Source: Verrucomicrobiia bacterium (GTDB lineage: Bacteria; Patescibacteriota; Saccharimonadia; Saccharimonadales; JAGQNK01). From it: a stretch of DNA of 64,000 nucleotides. The notes beneath the pieces were generated by a model. The model was not told the DNA's origin. It searched no databases and worked only from the letters and a program-made list of their open reading frames with translations. Below are positions 1 to 8,440 of the stretch, one piece after another; the stretch's first letter is position 1, and every line of letters begins with the position of its first letter. The DNA lies in contig DATHJY010000011.1 in assembly GCA_035489575.1 (NCBI GenBank), positions 148,514 through 212,513 on the forward strand, written 5' to 3'. Position numbers and translations under genes: made by a program.

Positions 1-3
1 AGC

Positions 4-153
4 ATGAATAAAAAGCTGATCTTAGTTATAGCTACAGTAATCGTACTGGTTTGCTCGGCAGCATTTTACTGGTATAAAACCCAGTCCCAAAAGAACTGTA
101 TCTATTACTATGACAAAGACGGCAAAAATGTACTGTACAAAGATTGTCCATGA
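4..153 (+). CDS. small hydrophobic peptide (49 aa), hypothetical
   Basis: ATG at 4 and TGA at 151-153. Translation MNKKLILVIATVIVLVCSAAFYWYK... has one TM-like segment. The stop overlaps the next ATG (ATGA at 150-153). Below the ORF-track size cutoff. Confidence 0.3.
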   Translation: MNKKLILVIATVIVLVCSAAFYWYKTQSQKNCIYYYDKDGKNVLYKDCP

Positions 154-602
154 AATACCGCAATCCAGTTATAGTCATTCTTCTCAGTATCATTACCCTG
201 GGAATTTACATCCTCTACTGGCTGTACGATACCCGAAAAGAGATGGTACAAAAAGGGATAAAACTGCCTGCCGTTTGGGTGTTGCTGGTGCCAATCCCGG
301 TAAGCATCGCCCACGTTTTGCTAACCTCTTTCGTTAGCCTCTTTCTGAATGAAGCTAGTGGCGCTTACCACTTGGTCAACCTTGTGCTATTTCCCATACT
401 TGCAACGCTTGTTGTGTGTAGCATAATCCCTTTGACTCTATGGTGGGTATGGAAGTATTGCGCGGGCGTGCAGGCAGCAACTAACGGCCATCTCACGCGT
501 GGCGCGGCATACAAAGTATTTTGTTTGCTGTTCCTGTTCGGTATCGGATTTTTGTGGCCCATGATCATACAGAATTACTTCAATTCTGAGCGACACACCT
601 AG
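150..602 (+). CDS. DUF4234-like multi-pass membrane protein
   Basis: ORF track 144..602. The N-terminus KYRNPVIVILLSIITLGIYILYWLYDTRKEM resembles the DUF4234 signature. ATG at 150 is preferred over TTG at 144. Confidence 0.6.
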   Translation: MKYRNPVIVILLSIITLGIYILYWLYDTRKEMVQKGIKLPAVWVLLVPIPVSIAHVLLTSFVSLFLNEASGAYHLVNLVLFPILATLVVCSIIPLTLWWVWKYCAGVQAATNGHLTRGAAYKVFCLLFLFGIGFLWPMIIQNYFNSERHT

Positions 603-607
603 AAAAA

Positions 608-1474
608 GTGACCGCCTCGGAAAAAATAAGGCAACTCGGATATAATGGCTTCATGTCAGTAGAAGTAGAAAGCCTGTGGAAGTATCCCGTAACCGGTGGA
701 CCCGGTATAGCGATTGCATCCACCGAGGTATACCCCGGTGGATTCTTGGGCGACAGAGCATTTATCGTTGCCGAACAACTAGCAGACGACAGTCTACAGC
801 GGCTGGGAAGCAAGCAGGCTCCCGATTTACTTGGAATTACCTATGATACAGATGGCCAAACAGCGTACCTGGATGGCAATCCGTTGCGTTTACCATCTCT
901 TGATTTTGACCTGGGCAGGCCAGCCCAAGCACACTGCAACGAGTTTGGGGACGATACCCCGGTATGGTTTACCAGCCCCGACCACGACGCGGCATTTAGT
1001 GATTATTTGGGCAGGCCGGTGCACCTCCTGCAAAAAACAACTGCCTGGCTGTTGGGCGAAGGCATACCACCATATCAGCGCGCCAATGCAGCACTTCATA
1101 TTATTTCTGCAGAATCGGTTGCTCAGATTGCTGAGGATTCGGGTGCGGAAGCAGCCGATGTTCGAAAGTTTAAGCCAGATATTGTGTTGTCTGGCATGCG
1201 TGCGCATGAAGAGCTGGACATGATAGGCAAGATGGCCCGGATTGGCAGCATCGCATCTGGCGCAACCCTGCAGATTGACCGAGGTACCCGCAGGTGCTTG
1301 GTTACGGCGCTGGACCCCACGAGCGGCGAAAATAAGGGAGACATAAGTCTGCGCGCCATGCCAAAAGTGGACTATCCAGACGGCAAACCAGGACGATCAG
1401 CCGGCGTGTATGCCCACACGGTTGATGCTCATGACAGGATTTCCGTCAAAGATATTTTTAGATTATTAGAATAA
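608..1474 (+). CDS. MOSC domain-containing protein
   Basis: 288-aa ORF. The N-terminal VESLWKYPVTGGPG beta-barrel motif and C-terminal PDIVLSG...RC region are typical of MOSC proteins. An alternative in-frame ATG lies at 653, directly after TATAAT (641-646). Confidence 0.7.
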   Translation: MTASEKIRQLGYNGFMSVEVESLWKYPVTGGPGIAIASTEVYPGGFLGDRAFIVAEQLADDSLQRLGSKQAPDLLGITYDTDGQTAYLDGNPLRLPSLDFDLGRPAQAHCNEFGDDTPVWFTSPDHDAAFSDYLGRPVHLLQKTTAWLLGEGIPPYQRANAALHIISAESVAQIAEDSGAEAADVRKFKPDIVLSGMRAHEELDMIGKMARIGSIASGATLQIDRGTRRCLVTALDPTSGENKGDISLRAMPKVDYPDGKPGRSAGVYAHTVDAHDRISVKDIFRLLE

Positions 1475-1800
1475 TGAAAGAAACCACCTCGCAACTCTGG
1501 GAAGTCTTGGTTTCCGCCAACGACAATGAGGGTAACGAGTTCCCGGTGGAACATCATCATGTGTGGGACGAGGGGGTGAGGGACATCACGGGCGGCCTGA
1601 CTATTATGCGCACCGCCAAAGGCCAGTGGCTAGATGCCGAAGGCAATCTGTTTGCAGAAAAAGTCATACCTGTCAGGGTGGCCTGCGGCGAGGCCGAGAT
1701 CAGGCAAATCATGGAACTGACCATACAGCACTATGGCCAACTGGCAGTTATGGCATCTCAGATCAGTGAGCGTGTCATCATACTAGAAGCTGACAGCTGA
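1474..1800 (+). CDS. hypothetical protein
   Basis: 108-aa ORF that starts immediately after the MOSC stop codon (TAATG junction). No motif recognised. Confidence 0.45.
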   Translation: MKETTSQLWEVLVSANDNEGNEFPVEHHHVWDEGVRDITGGLTIMRTAKGQWLDAEGNLFAEKVIPVRVACGEAEIRQIMELTIQHYGQLAVMASQISERVIILEADS

Positions 1801-1861
1801 AATCTGTAATGCCAAAGGTTCCGTTTCTCAAAAGGAACCATAACCGCTATACTGAGAATAA

Positions 1862-3325
1862 ATGTCAGAATCTCTGACCCCTACGCAAGAGCTTGATAGA
1901 CCAAGTGAAAAATGCGGCATTGTCGCAGTGTATGCGTTTGATCAGTACATGGATGTAGGCGAGGCTACCTACGATCTCTTGCTACCCCTTCAGCGGAGAG
2001 GCCAGGACGCCGCCGGAATCTTGGTCACGGGCGAAGAGACAGTTATGCGTGCCCATGATGGACGTATTCCTGACGTGTTTCCTGATAGAGCCACCCAGCT
2101 GGATAGGGATGCCCCTAACGCCCATATCGCCCTGGGTCATGCCCGGTATAGCACCTCGGGCGAGGGACTGATGCCCTACAAAGGATTCGCCTTTAATGGC
2201 AATATCGCCAATTTCAAGCAAGTAGCCGACAGGTATGGCCTTCCGCCAGAACAGCAAATTAACGACGGTCATGTCGTAGGCGAGCTCCTGAATCGACTCA
2301 CCCTTACCCACGAAGACGGTCTGTTAGGAGCTATCAAAGAACTGGCGCCCCAGCTAGAAGGCGGCTTTGCCATTGTAGCCACCGACGGAAACCAAGTTAT
2401 TGGCGTCCGCGACCGACACGGGTTGAAGCCTTTGACGATGGGTGCGTTCGACGACTATCCAGGAGGGGGGTTTGCGCTGGTATCCGAAGATGTATCACTC
2501 CAAAAGAACGGTCTGACCATCGTCGGTGACATTGAGCCAGGGGAAATTATAATCATAGACAGCCAGGGGCTACACAAGGACCGGCTGGAAGTTGAGGCAG
2601 AGAGAAAGCTGTGTATGTTCGAGCCCGTCTACTACATGAACGAAGATAGCAATTGGGAGGGCAGGCCGGTAAAAAACGTGCGTTACGAGCTGGGCCGTGA
2701 GCTGGCAAGAGAACACCCCGTAGAAACAGACCGAGCCGACGGCGCAGAAGTGGTTGTCGTGGGAGTTCCAGACTCCAGCCTGCCAGCAGCCGAAGGATTC
2801 GCTGATGAGCTAGGCGTGCGATGTGTGCAGGGGCTTATAAAAAATCCAGATTATAAAAAAGGCAGGACGTTTATTCTGCCCACGCAGGAAGAGCGCGTAC
2901 AGGCCGTCAGCGAAAAATTCCTGATAGATAAAGAGTCCGTGGAAGGCAAAGTCATCGTGCTCGAAGACGACTCCATAGTCCGCAGTACCACTGTTATGAA
3001 GCTGAGCGACATGTTGTTTGATGCTGGTGCCCTAGAAGTACATATCCGTATCAACTCACCACCCATTAAGTGGCCCTGCTTCTATGGGATCAATATGGGT
3101 CATGACGACGACCTGATTGCTTCGGATATGCTGCCGCGTGAAATGGCAGCTGTGTTCGGTGCAGATTCCGTAGCCTTCCAGAGCGAAGATAGAATGGCCA
3201 AAGCCCTGGGTGTCCCGTTGGGCAATCTATGCATGGGCTGCATACTTGGCAAATACCCCACCCCAGTCCCCCTCTCTGAGGCTAGACTCAACAAACAGCC
3301 CGCTTTACTCAATGTTATCAGATAG
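1862..3325 (+). CDS. purF: amidophosphoribosyltransferase
   Basis: Short propeptide, then catalytic CGIVAV. PRTase motif VVVVGVPDSSLPAAEGFA. KNPDYKKGRTFILPTQEER is typical of PurF. Confidence 0.9.
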   Translation: MSESLTPTQELDRPSEKCGIVAVYAFDQYMDVGEATYDLLLPLQRRGQDAAGILVTGEETVMRAHDGRIPDVFPDRATQLDRDAPNAHIALGHARYSTSGEGLMPYKGFAFNGNIANFKQVADRYGLPPEQQINDGHVVGELLNRLTLTHEDGLLGAIKELAPQLEGGFAIVATDGNQVIGVRDRHGLKPLTMGAFDDYPGGGFALVSEDVSLQKNGLTIVGDIEPGEIIIIDSQGLHKDRLEVEAERKLCMFEPVYYMNEDSNWEGRPVKNVRYELGRELAREHPVETDRADGAEVVVVGVPDSSLPAAEGFADELGVRCVQGLIKNPDYKKGRTFILPTQEERVQAVSEKFLIDKESVEGKVIVLEDDSIVRSTTVMKLSDMLFDAGALEVHIRINSPPIKWPCFYGINMGHDDDLIASDMLPREMAAVFGADSVAFQSEDRMAKALGVPLGNLCMGCILGKYPTPVPLSEARLNKQPALLNVIR

Positions 3326-3333
3326 CTTAATTT

Positions 3334-3362
3334 TTGACTTTACATGCTATTTATTCTATAAT
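3334..3362 (+). promoter_or_regulatory. sigma70-type promoter TTGACT-17-TATAAT
   Basis: -35 at 3334-3339, 17-nt spacer, -10 at 3357-3362, upstream of GC-rich paralog A. Confidence 0.55.
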
Positions 3363-3418
3363 TGTATCGGATTTTTACATCCTGTCCCTTAGTCGCTACA
3401 TCTAAGACTGGAGCTGCA

Positions 3419-3877
3419 ATGCGCGGCGCAAGCCCTTCCGAGGCCCAGCTGGACGCCCTGCCGAGTCAAGCCCGCCTGAAGCTGGCTATCATCTTCGGCG
3501 CAAGCCTGATTGCCTTCGGCCTTGTGCTGATTGGCATCATGGTCAAAGTCCACTTCTGGGACGAGTCCAACGCCTACACCTATCCCTATGAGAAGCCGCA
3601 GACCGGCATCGCCTGGTACATGTGGGTCGCTCCCCTGACCGCCGGTGTCGTGATCACCTGTCTTGCCTACGAGAGGTTCAGCTACCACTTTCGCCAGGTC
3701 ATGGACGGTGTGGTCGCTGGCTACTCCCACTGGACCAACTACCGCATCTGGACCACCTACTACTACGTGACCATCTACGGCCTCACCAGGGCCGGCGAGA
3801 TGCGCTACCACAGGTGGCAGGTCGAGCAAGAAACCTGGCGCAAGGCCTACGTGGGTCAACGCATGCGCATCGAGTAG
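3419..3877 (+). CDS. GC-rich two-TM membrane protein, paralog A (unknown family)
   Basis: In-frame ATG at 3419 preceded by GGAG. Shares the C-terminal block YG.TRAGEMR...W.(K/R)A with ORF 4095..4550. Codons are strongly GC3-biased, unlike neighbouring genes. Confidence 0.6.
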   Translation: MRGASPSEAQLDALPSQARLKLAIIFGASLIAFGLVLIGIMVKVHFWDESNAYTYPYEKPQTGIAWYMWVAPLTAGVVITCLAYERFSYHFRQVMDGVVAGYSHWTNYRIWTTYYYVTIYGLTRAGEMRYHRWQVEQETWRKAYVGQRMRIE

Positions 3878-3891
3878 CAACAAAGAGGACA

Positions 3892-3975
3892 GCCAGAAAG
3901 GCAGAAGAGGACTACTGTCCAACCTTTCTGGCTCAAGAGCCGTTTAGACATTTTATTTGCCTGCGGCTCTTTTTC
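3892..3975 (+). terminator. two tandem hairpins; the second is followed by a T-run
   Basis: GCCAGAAAGG (3892-3901) pairs with CCTTTCTGGC (3923-3932). AGAGCCG (3936-42) pairs with CGGCTCT (3964-70), followed by TTTTT. Confidence 0.55.
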
Positions 3976-4013
3976 ATTCCACGCTTAGTTCATGGGTAGA
4001 GCACTTCCATGTT

Positions 4014-4042
4014 ATTGCTCCATGATATAATTTGTTTTATAA
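4014..4042 (+). promoter_or_regulatory. sigma70-type promoter TTGCTC-17-TATAAT
   Basis: -35 at 4014-4019 and -10 at 4037-4042. The 5' UTR shares ...GGATTTTAC..CCTGTCC..TT with the copy upstream of 3419. Confidence 0.5.
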
Positions 4043-4094
4043 TAAATAGGGATTTTACCCTGTCCTTTTGACGTCTACACGCGATCGGAGCACA

Positions 4095-4550
4095 GTGACC
4101 GTTCCTACCACAACTCAACATGTACCAGGCAGGCCAGGCCTGGTTGCAACCATCATCCTGGGCGCTGCCATACTAACTCTCGGCATCGCTGCGTGGGTAT
4201 GGCTCCTCACCAGGATTGACTGGGAAGACTCCCCGTTCTCTTCCGAACCGAGCATCGAGCAGGAGGCGCCCGAGGAGTCACATACACCGTGGTACTACTG
4301 GGCTACGCCCTTGGTACCCCTTATGGCCGGCGTCATCATCATGGTGACGGGCTGCGACAGGTTCAGTTTCTACCACCGGCAAGTCTCCACTGGCCAGATA
4401 GTAAAACTCAATGTCAACTACCACTACAGCCTCCACTGGATCACCGTCTATGGGCCGACCCGAGCAGGTGAGATGCGTCACTACACTCACACCGTGGACT
4501 ACGGCACGTGGGAGCGAGCCAAGATAGGCTCACCGTTCCCGGTCACATAG
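4095..4550 (+). CDS. GC-rich two-TM membrane protein, paralog B
   Basis: GTG at 4095 with GGAG 4 nt upstream (track ORF starts at TTG 4068). Paralogous to 3419..3877 (TVYGPTRAGEMRHY vs TIYGLTRAGEMRYH). Confidence 0.6.
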   Translation: MTVPTTTQHVPGRPGLVATIILGAAILTLGIAAWVWLLTRIDWEDSPFSSEPSIEQEAPEESHTPWYYWATPLVPLMAGVIIMVTGCDRFSFYHRQVSTGQIVKLNVNYHYSLHWITVYGPTRAGEMRHYTHTVDYGTWERAKIGSPFPVT

Positions 4551-4567
4551 CCAGCCAGGAAAGGACA

Positions 4568-4646
4568 GCCGGAAAGGCAGAGGAGGGCAGACTTGTCCAA
4601 CCTTTCCGGCTAGAGCCGCATAACCATTTTGCTTATGCGGCTCTTT
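4568..4646 (+). terminator. duplicate of the 3892-3975 double hairpin
   Basis: GCCGGAAAGG/CCTTTCCGGC carries a compensatory A:T to G:C change relative to copy A. AGAGCCGCA/TGCGGCTCT is followed by TTT. Confidence 0.5.
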
Positions 4647-4652
4647 CACACA

Positions 4653-4681
4653 TTGCCATAAGGGGTCAGGGCTGGTATGAT
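4653..4681 (+). promoter_or_regulatory. promoter TTGCCA-17-TGgTATGAT (extended -10)
   Basis: -35 at 4653-58 and -10 at 4676-81, 15 nt upstream of tRNA-Thr. Confidence 0.55.
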
Positions 4682-4696
4682 AGGGCGGTTAAATGT

Positions 4697-4771
4697 GCCA
4701 TCTTAGCTCAGGGGTAGAGCACCATCATGGTAAGATGGGGGTCTCGGGTTCAAATCCCGAAGATGGCTCCA
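4697..4771 (+). tRNA. tRNA-Thr (anticodon GGU), CCA encoded
   Basis: Acceptor GCCATCT/AGATGGC. Anticodon stem CCATC/GATGG with loop ATGGTAA. T-arm GGGTTCAAATCCC. 3' TCCA. Confidence 0.9.
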
Positions 4772-4797
4772 CGTCAGAATTCATTCCAACCCGGCCT

Positions 4798-4883
4798 AAA
4801 TTTTGGCAATCAATGTGGCCAAAATTTGGCGGGGTCTCGTATGCTCCTTCCTCTTCCGATCCAAGAACCCTCTCTTGGATCGG
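4798..4883. repeat. two perfect hairpins between tRNA-Thr and rpmG
   Basis: AAATTTTGGC (4798-4807) pairs with GCCAAAATTT (4818-27). CCGATCCAAGA (4856-66) pairs with TCTTGGATCGG (4873-83). Neither is followed by a T-run. Confidence 0.6.
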
Positions 4884-4955
4884 GACAGCTGCACTGTTGA
4901 AATATCAGAGCATATCTGTTAAAATCAATAAATCGTTTTATAAAGGTAGGAACTA

Positions 4956-5159
4956 ATGGCTAAAAAAGGCGACAAGCGCAAGACAATTGGTTTGGTATCA
5001 GAGGAATCTGGCGGCCGCCACTATTACACGGTCAAAAATACCCAGAATACCCCCGATGGACTAAAGCTGCGCAAATATGATCCCAAGCTGCGCAAGCACG
5101 TACTGTACGTAGAGACCAAGAAAAACCTTGGCCGTAACGTCGTAAAAGGCAGAAAATAA
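4956..5159 (+). CDS. rpmG: 50S ribosomal protein L33 (Cys-less form, C-terminally extended)
   Basis: MAKKGDKRKTIGLV...YYTVKNTQNTPDGLKLRKYDPKLRKHVLYVETK matches the L33 pattern. No CxxC pairs. RBS AAGGTAGGA. Confidence 0.85.
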   Translation: MAKKGDKRKTIGLVSEESGGRHYYTVKNTQNTPDGLKLRKYDPKLRKHVLYVETKKNLGRNVVKGRK

Positions 5160-5196
5160 ATGAGGGAGCCGAGATAGGTTCCCTCATCGCGCCAAG

Positions 5197-5231
5197 AAAA
5201 AAGGTCTCCCAGTAAATGGAGAGACCTTTTT
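5197..5231. terminator. bidirectional intrinsic terminator
   Basis: A-run, GGTCTCCC...GGAGAGACC hairpin, then T-run. Lies after rpmG. Confidence 0.7.
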
Positions 5232-5297
5232 CTTGGGCTACTCCTTCCTGGCAACTGATAAAATCCAACCGGAATAAATCCGGATTGGATTTTGAAA

Positions 5298-7229
5298 TTA
5301 TATTTTATACAGATCTAAGATGGTGTTGACGAACTCGGCGTGGCTCCACACCAGGGGTGTTACGCCCAGAGGTGATCCATTTTCGGGGTCATACTGCTCG
5401 CTCATGACACCGCTAGGCTGCATGCGGTCCATAGCCCACTCCACGAGCGCCTCGGCCTCGTCTTCGCGGTCTGTCTGCATATAGAACTGCGCCAACCACA
5501 TAGTACAGACAATCCACGGATTGCCCGCAAATTGCTGTTTGGCCAAGAAATAGCCGTCGCCAGGATAACGGACAACACCGCCGAGTGGGCTGGTGTTGAA
5601 GAGCCGTGATTCTACAGCCTGGGCTGTCTTGGACATTCGTTCGTCGTCTAGTGCCAAACCGCCAAACATAAAGGGACCGTGCAAGCTAGAAGCGTCCAGG
5701 GTATCGTCATAAGACAAGTCACCGCTCTCCTCCAGCAAGAAACCCTTCCTAAAGTACCCATCCGGGTGATAAAACAGGTCAAAATTCTGCTGAATCTTAT
5801 CGCTGGCAGCTTTCCAGGGCTCTGTGTCGGCATGTTTACCGATGGCCTCTGCCAGACGCCAGGCAGCTTGCAGTCCAGCTATAACGGTCGAAGCCGTGTA
5901 GGTGCTGGTCGAAAACTTTTGTTCCCACAGATCATAACTAGCGTGCGGCAGGCCGGTCTGGTCGTCGATAAAGCCGATCAAAAACGAGGCAGCGGGGTAG
6001 ATAAACGTATCATAAAAATCATTTACAAACGCCTGGTCATGAGAAGCCTCAAAGTATTCGCCCATCATAAACAGCACAATAGCTGTCTCGTCCTCCTGGA
6101 TTGCCAATTCTTTGCTGCGCCCATGCACCATGGGGTGCCACGTGCTGCCAATAGCCCGATCTGGCTGGTATTTATGCATCAGATAGCCGTCTTTGTGCAC
6201 GGTGTCGCGGGCAAAGCCAAAAAAGTTGCGAGCCTCGGCATACGCCCCTAGCCGGATAAACGGCCACAGGGCGTAGGCGGCGTCACGCGGCCAGCAGTAA
6301 CAGTAGTAGTCACGGCCATAGTTGAAAATACTAGAATCGCCGCTAGCCAGCACCGATCCTCGCTGGTCGCAGTGAGCCTTGATGATCAGCAGGCTTTTCT
6401 GCACGGCCGTACGATGTGGTTCTGGAATCTGGGCAAGCTTGGGTTGCAGCACGTTGAACCACTCGGCCGAGCCTCTTTTGAGCGCAGCTAGTCGTTCGTC
6501 GATAGGATTATATTTGAGTTTGGCGTGGACCACCTGGGCGTCAGACTGGCTGGTATCGGCAACAATCCAGTAGTCTATCTTGAAAGTACCATTGGTAACC
6601 ACATGTTTCTGAAACCGTAGCACGCTGTCTACACCACCGTGTTCGACCAGGTTATCGCTCAGCTCGCCGTCTTCGGCGTCTTTGAAGGTGCCTGATTTTC
6701 CCTCTATGCCGTAATTGCCAACGGCAAACTGGTCAAATCCGCCATCGCCCTCCACTACCCCGGCAATCAGTAAGCAGCAACGGCCCTTGTAGTCCAGAAT
6801 GTAGTGATCGTCTGGAACATACACCGCCGTATCGGCCCGACCGGCCCGTGAAATCTGAAATACTTGGTGCATAAAAATACGGATATCGCGCTCTTCAGCG
6901 GCATGATTGGTCAGCTCTACACGGCGAATAAAGGCGTCAAACTCACTGTCGATAAAGTCGGTTAAGTGCAAGCTTATCTGTAAATTGTCCGAATGCATGG
7001 TGACACTGCTCACCAAGGCATCCGAATGAAAATCTACACTAATCTGCCACGATCCATCGTCTACCCAGCTAAACTGCCCATTTACCCATATGCCTATCTT
7101 ATGCTGCAAGCTGCGGGCGTTAGTGAGGTTTTCTAGGCCCACGTACGGATAGTAGAAGTCGTGCACCAGACCGTGTTCGTCCAGGCCCACAAACATGCGG
7201 CCGTTGCTCAGTACTACGGGGCGGCCCAC
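5298..7229 (-). CDS. glycoside hydrolase family 15 (glucoamylase/glucodextranase-like)
   Basis: 643 aa. Motifs YCYCWPRDAAYALWPF, DLWEQ and (alpha/alpha)6-type C-terminal motifs are typical of GH15. A hairpin at 5260-5293 lies downstream. Confidence 0.85.
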   Translation of the reverse strand: MGRPVVLSNGRMFVGLDEHGLVHDFYYPYVGLENLTNARSLQHKIGIWVNGQFSWVDDGSWQISVDFHSDALVSSVTMHSDNLQISLHLTDFIDSEFDAFIRRVELTNHAAEERDIRIFMHQVFQISRAGRADTAVYVPDDHYILDYKGRCCLLIAGVVEGDGGFDQFAVGNYGIEGKSGTFKDAEDGELSDNLVEHGGVDSVLRFQKHVVTNGTFKIDYWIVADTSQSDAQVVHAKLKYNPIDERLAALKRGSAEWFNVLQPKLAQIPEPHRTAVQKSLLIIKAHCDQRGSVLASGDSSIFNYGRDYYCYCWPRDAAYALWPFIRLGAYAEARNFFGFARDTVHKDGYLMHKYQPDRAIGSTWHPMVHGRSKELAIQEDETAIVLFMMGEYFEASHDQAFVNDFYDTFIYPAASFLIGFIDDQTGLPHASYDLWEQKFSTSTYTASTVIAGLQAAWRLAEAIGKHADTEPWKAASDKIQQNFDLFYHPDGYFRKGFLLEESGDLSYDDTLDASSLHGPFMFGGLALDDERMSKTAQAVESRLFNTSPLGGVVRYPGDGYFLAKQQFAGNPWIVCTMWLAQFYMQTDREDEAEALVEWAMDRMQPSGVMSEQYDPENGSPLGVTPLVWSHAEFVNTILDLYKI

Positions 7230-8440
7230 TAGACTTCTACCCCTTTTACAGCCAGGCGGTAGCGCAGATCATGGTAGGCGTTCATAAAGTTTGTAAAGGC
7301 CTCGTACGGGGTGGCGTAAGGGCTAAAGTAGGCGTGAATATCACCGTCGTTGAACCACTTGGTACACATATAGTAGAAGTGGTCAGAAGTCTGCAACTTG
7401 CGCCAGTCGTCTATCAGCTCCAGATCGCCGCTGTGGATAATGGGCTCTTGCAGATCGTACAGAGCCCGAATGGCCTGCTGTTGCATCTGATTGCCCAGCC
7501 AGGCCGACAGGTCTCTCTCTGTATCTGCCCAAGTGATAGTCTGAGGCACATCGATCTTGTCCTTGGGCTCATAGGCGTCAATGGCTTCAGATACGGTCAT
7601 AAAGGTGTTACCGTGAGATTTAAGCCATTCGTGCGGCAACTGTTTCAGAAAATTAAAGATACCGGTGTCCGCCCACTGATGCTCGCCAAAAGTTTCGTAG
7701 TCCATGAACAAGTTGAATACCTCGGCATCGCCGGTGTTGTTCATCCAGTGGCAGTACTTTTCGGTTGTCAGGGGCCACTCACTCCAGTCACGGTTGCCAA
7801 ACCGAAAGGCCAGGTCGTCACTGAGCTTGTAGTTTTTCATAAGCAGACGGATATGATTGGTATAGGTCGGCCGGTACACATAATTGGGGCTGCGCCAGTC
7901 CAGGACCGGGTCCCAGCCTTCGGTCAGAATACCCTTATAGCCAGCTTTGTCCGCCCAATACGCCAGGTCGTTATTATATGAAAATTCGGTGTTTCGGAAG
8001 ACCTTGGGTGTCTGTCCAAACAGATCCTGCACCTTGCGGCGATGCATATCCACCTGCATCTCGAACTCTGAGCGCGAATAGAAGAAAGCCAGGGAGTGAT
8101 GATAGGTCTCGGCCACAATCTCGGCACGCCCGGTGGCGAATAGATCCTTGAAACTCTGCATGGCCTCTGGATGCCATGCCTCCAACTGTTCAAGTATAGT
8201 CCCTGTTATGGACAAACTGATTCGAAACTCTGGATGCTCGTGCAACATCTGTAACAGCGTACGGTTCATGGGCAGGTACGACTTTTCCGCTACCTTGTGG
8301 ATGACCTTTTCGTTGCTTTCGCGCTCATCATAAGCTGCGTCAAAGTAATTGTGGTGCGCACCGGTGTCAAAAATAGTGTAATGTCGCACTCGATACGGCT
8401 GGTGAACATGCAGATACAGGACAATGGCTTTCTTGCTCAT
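7229..8440 (-). CDS. glycoside hydrolase family 57 (alpha-amylase/branching-type)
   Basis: The N-terminus VLYLHVHQPYR and WSEWP...ETFGEH are typical of GH57. Ends overlap both neighbours, consistent with an operon. Confidence 0.85.
   Translation of the reverse strand: MSKKAIVLYLHVHQPYRVRHYTIFDTGAHHNYFDAAYDERESNEKVIHKVAEKSYLPMNRTLLQMLHEHPEFRISLSITGTILEQLEAWHPEAMQSFKDLFATGRAEIVAETYHHSLAFFYSRSEFEMQVDMHRRKVQDLFGQTPKVFRNTEFSYNNDLAYWADKAGYKGILTEGWDPVLDWRSPNYVYRPTYTNHIRLLMKNYKLSDDLAFRFGNRDWSEWPLTTEKYCHWMNNTGDAEVFNLFMDYETFGEHQWADTGIFNFLKQLPHEWLKSHGNTFMTVSEAIDAYEPKDKIDVPQTITWADTERDLSAWLGNQMQQQAIRALYDLQEPIIHSGDLELIDDWRKLQTSDHFYYMCTKWFNDGDIHAYFSPYATPYEAFTNFMNAYHDLRYRLAVKGVEV

Noticed and set aside
3389-3999. 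Long antisense and alternate-frame ORFs (177 aa minus strand, 125 aa plus strand) over GC-rich paralog A. Similar cases occur at 4278-4717, 52954-53789 and 61260-61961.
   Set aside because: High-GC sequence keeps all frames open. The chosen frames are supported by paralogy, RBS and promoter placement, and TM or signal features.
4693-4956. 87-aa plus-strand ORF in the track
   Set aside because: It overlaps the well-folded tRNA-Thr gene and the hairpin-rich spacer. It has no RBS and an implausible composition.
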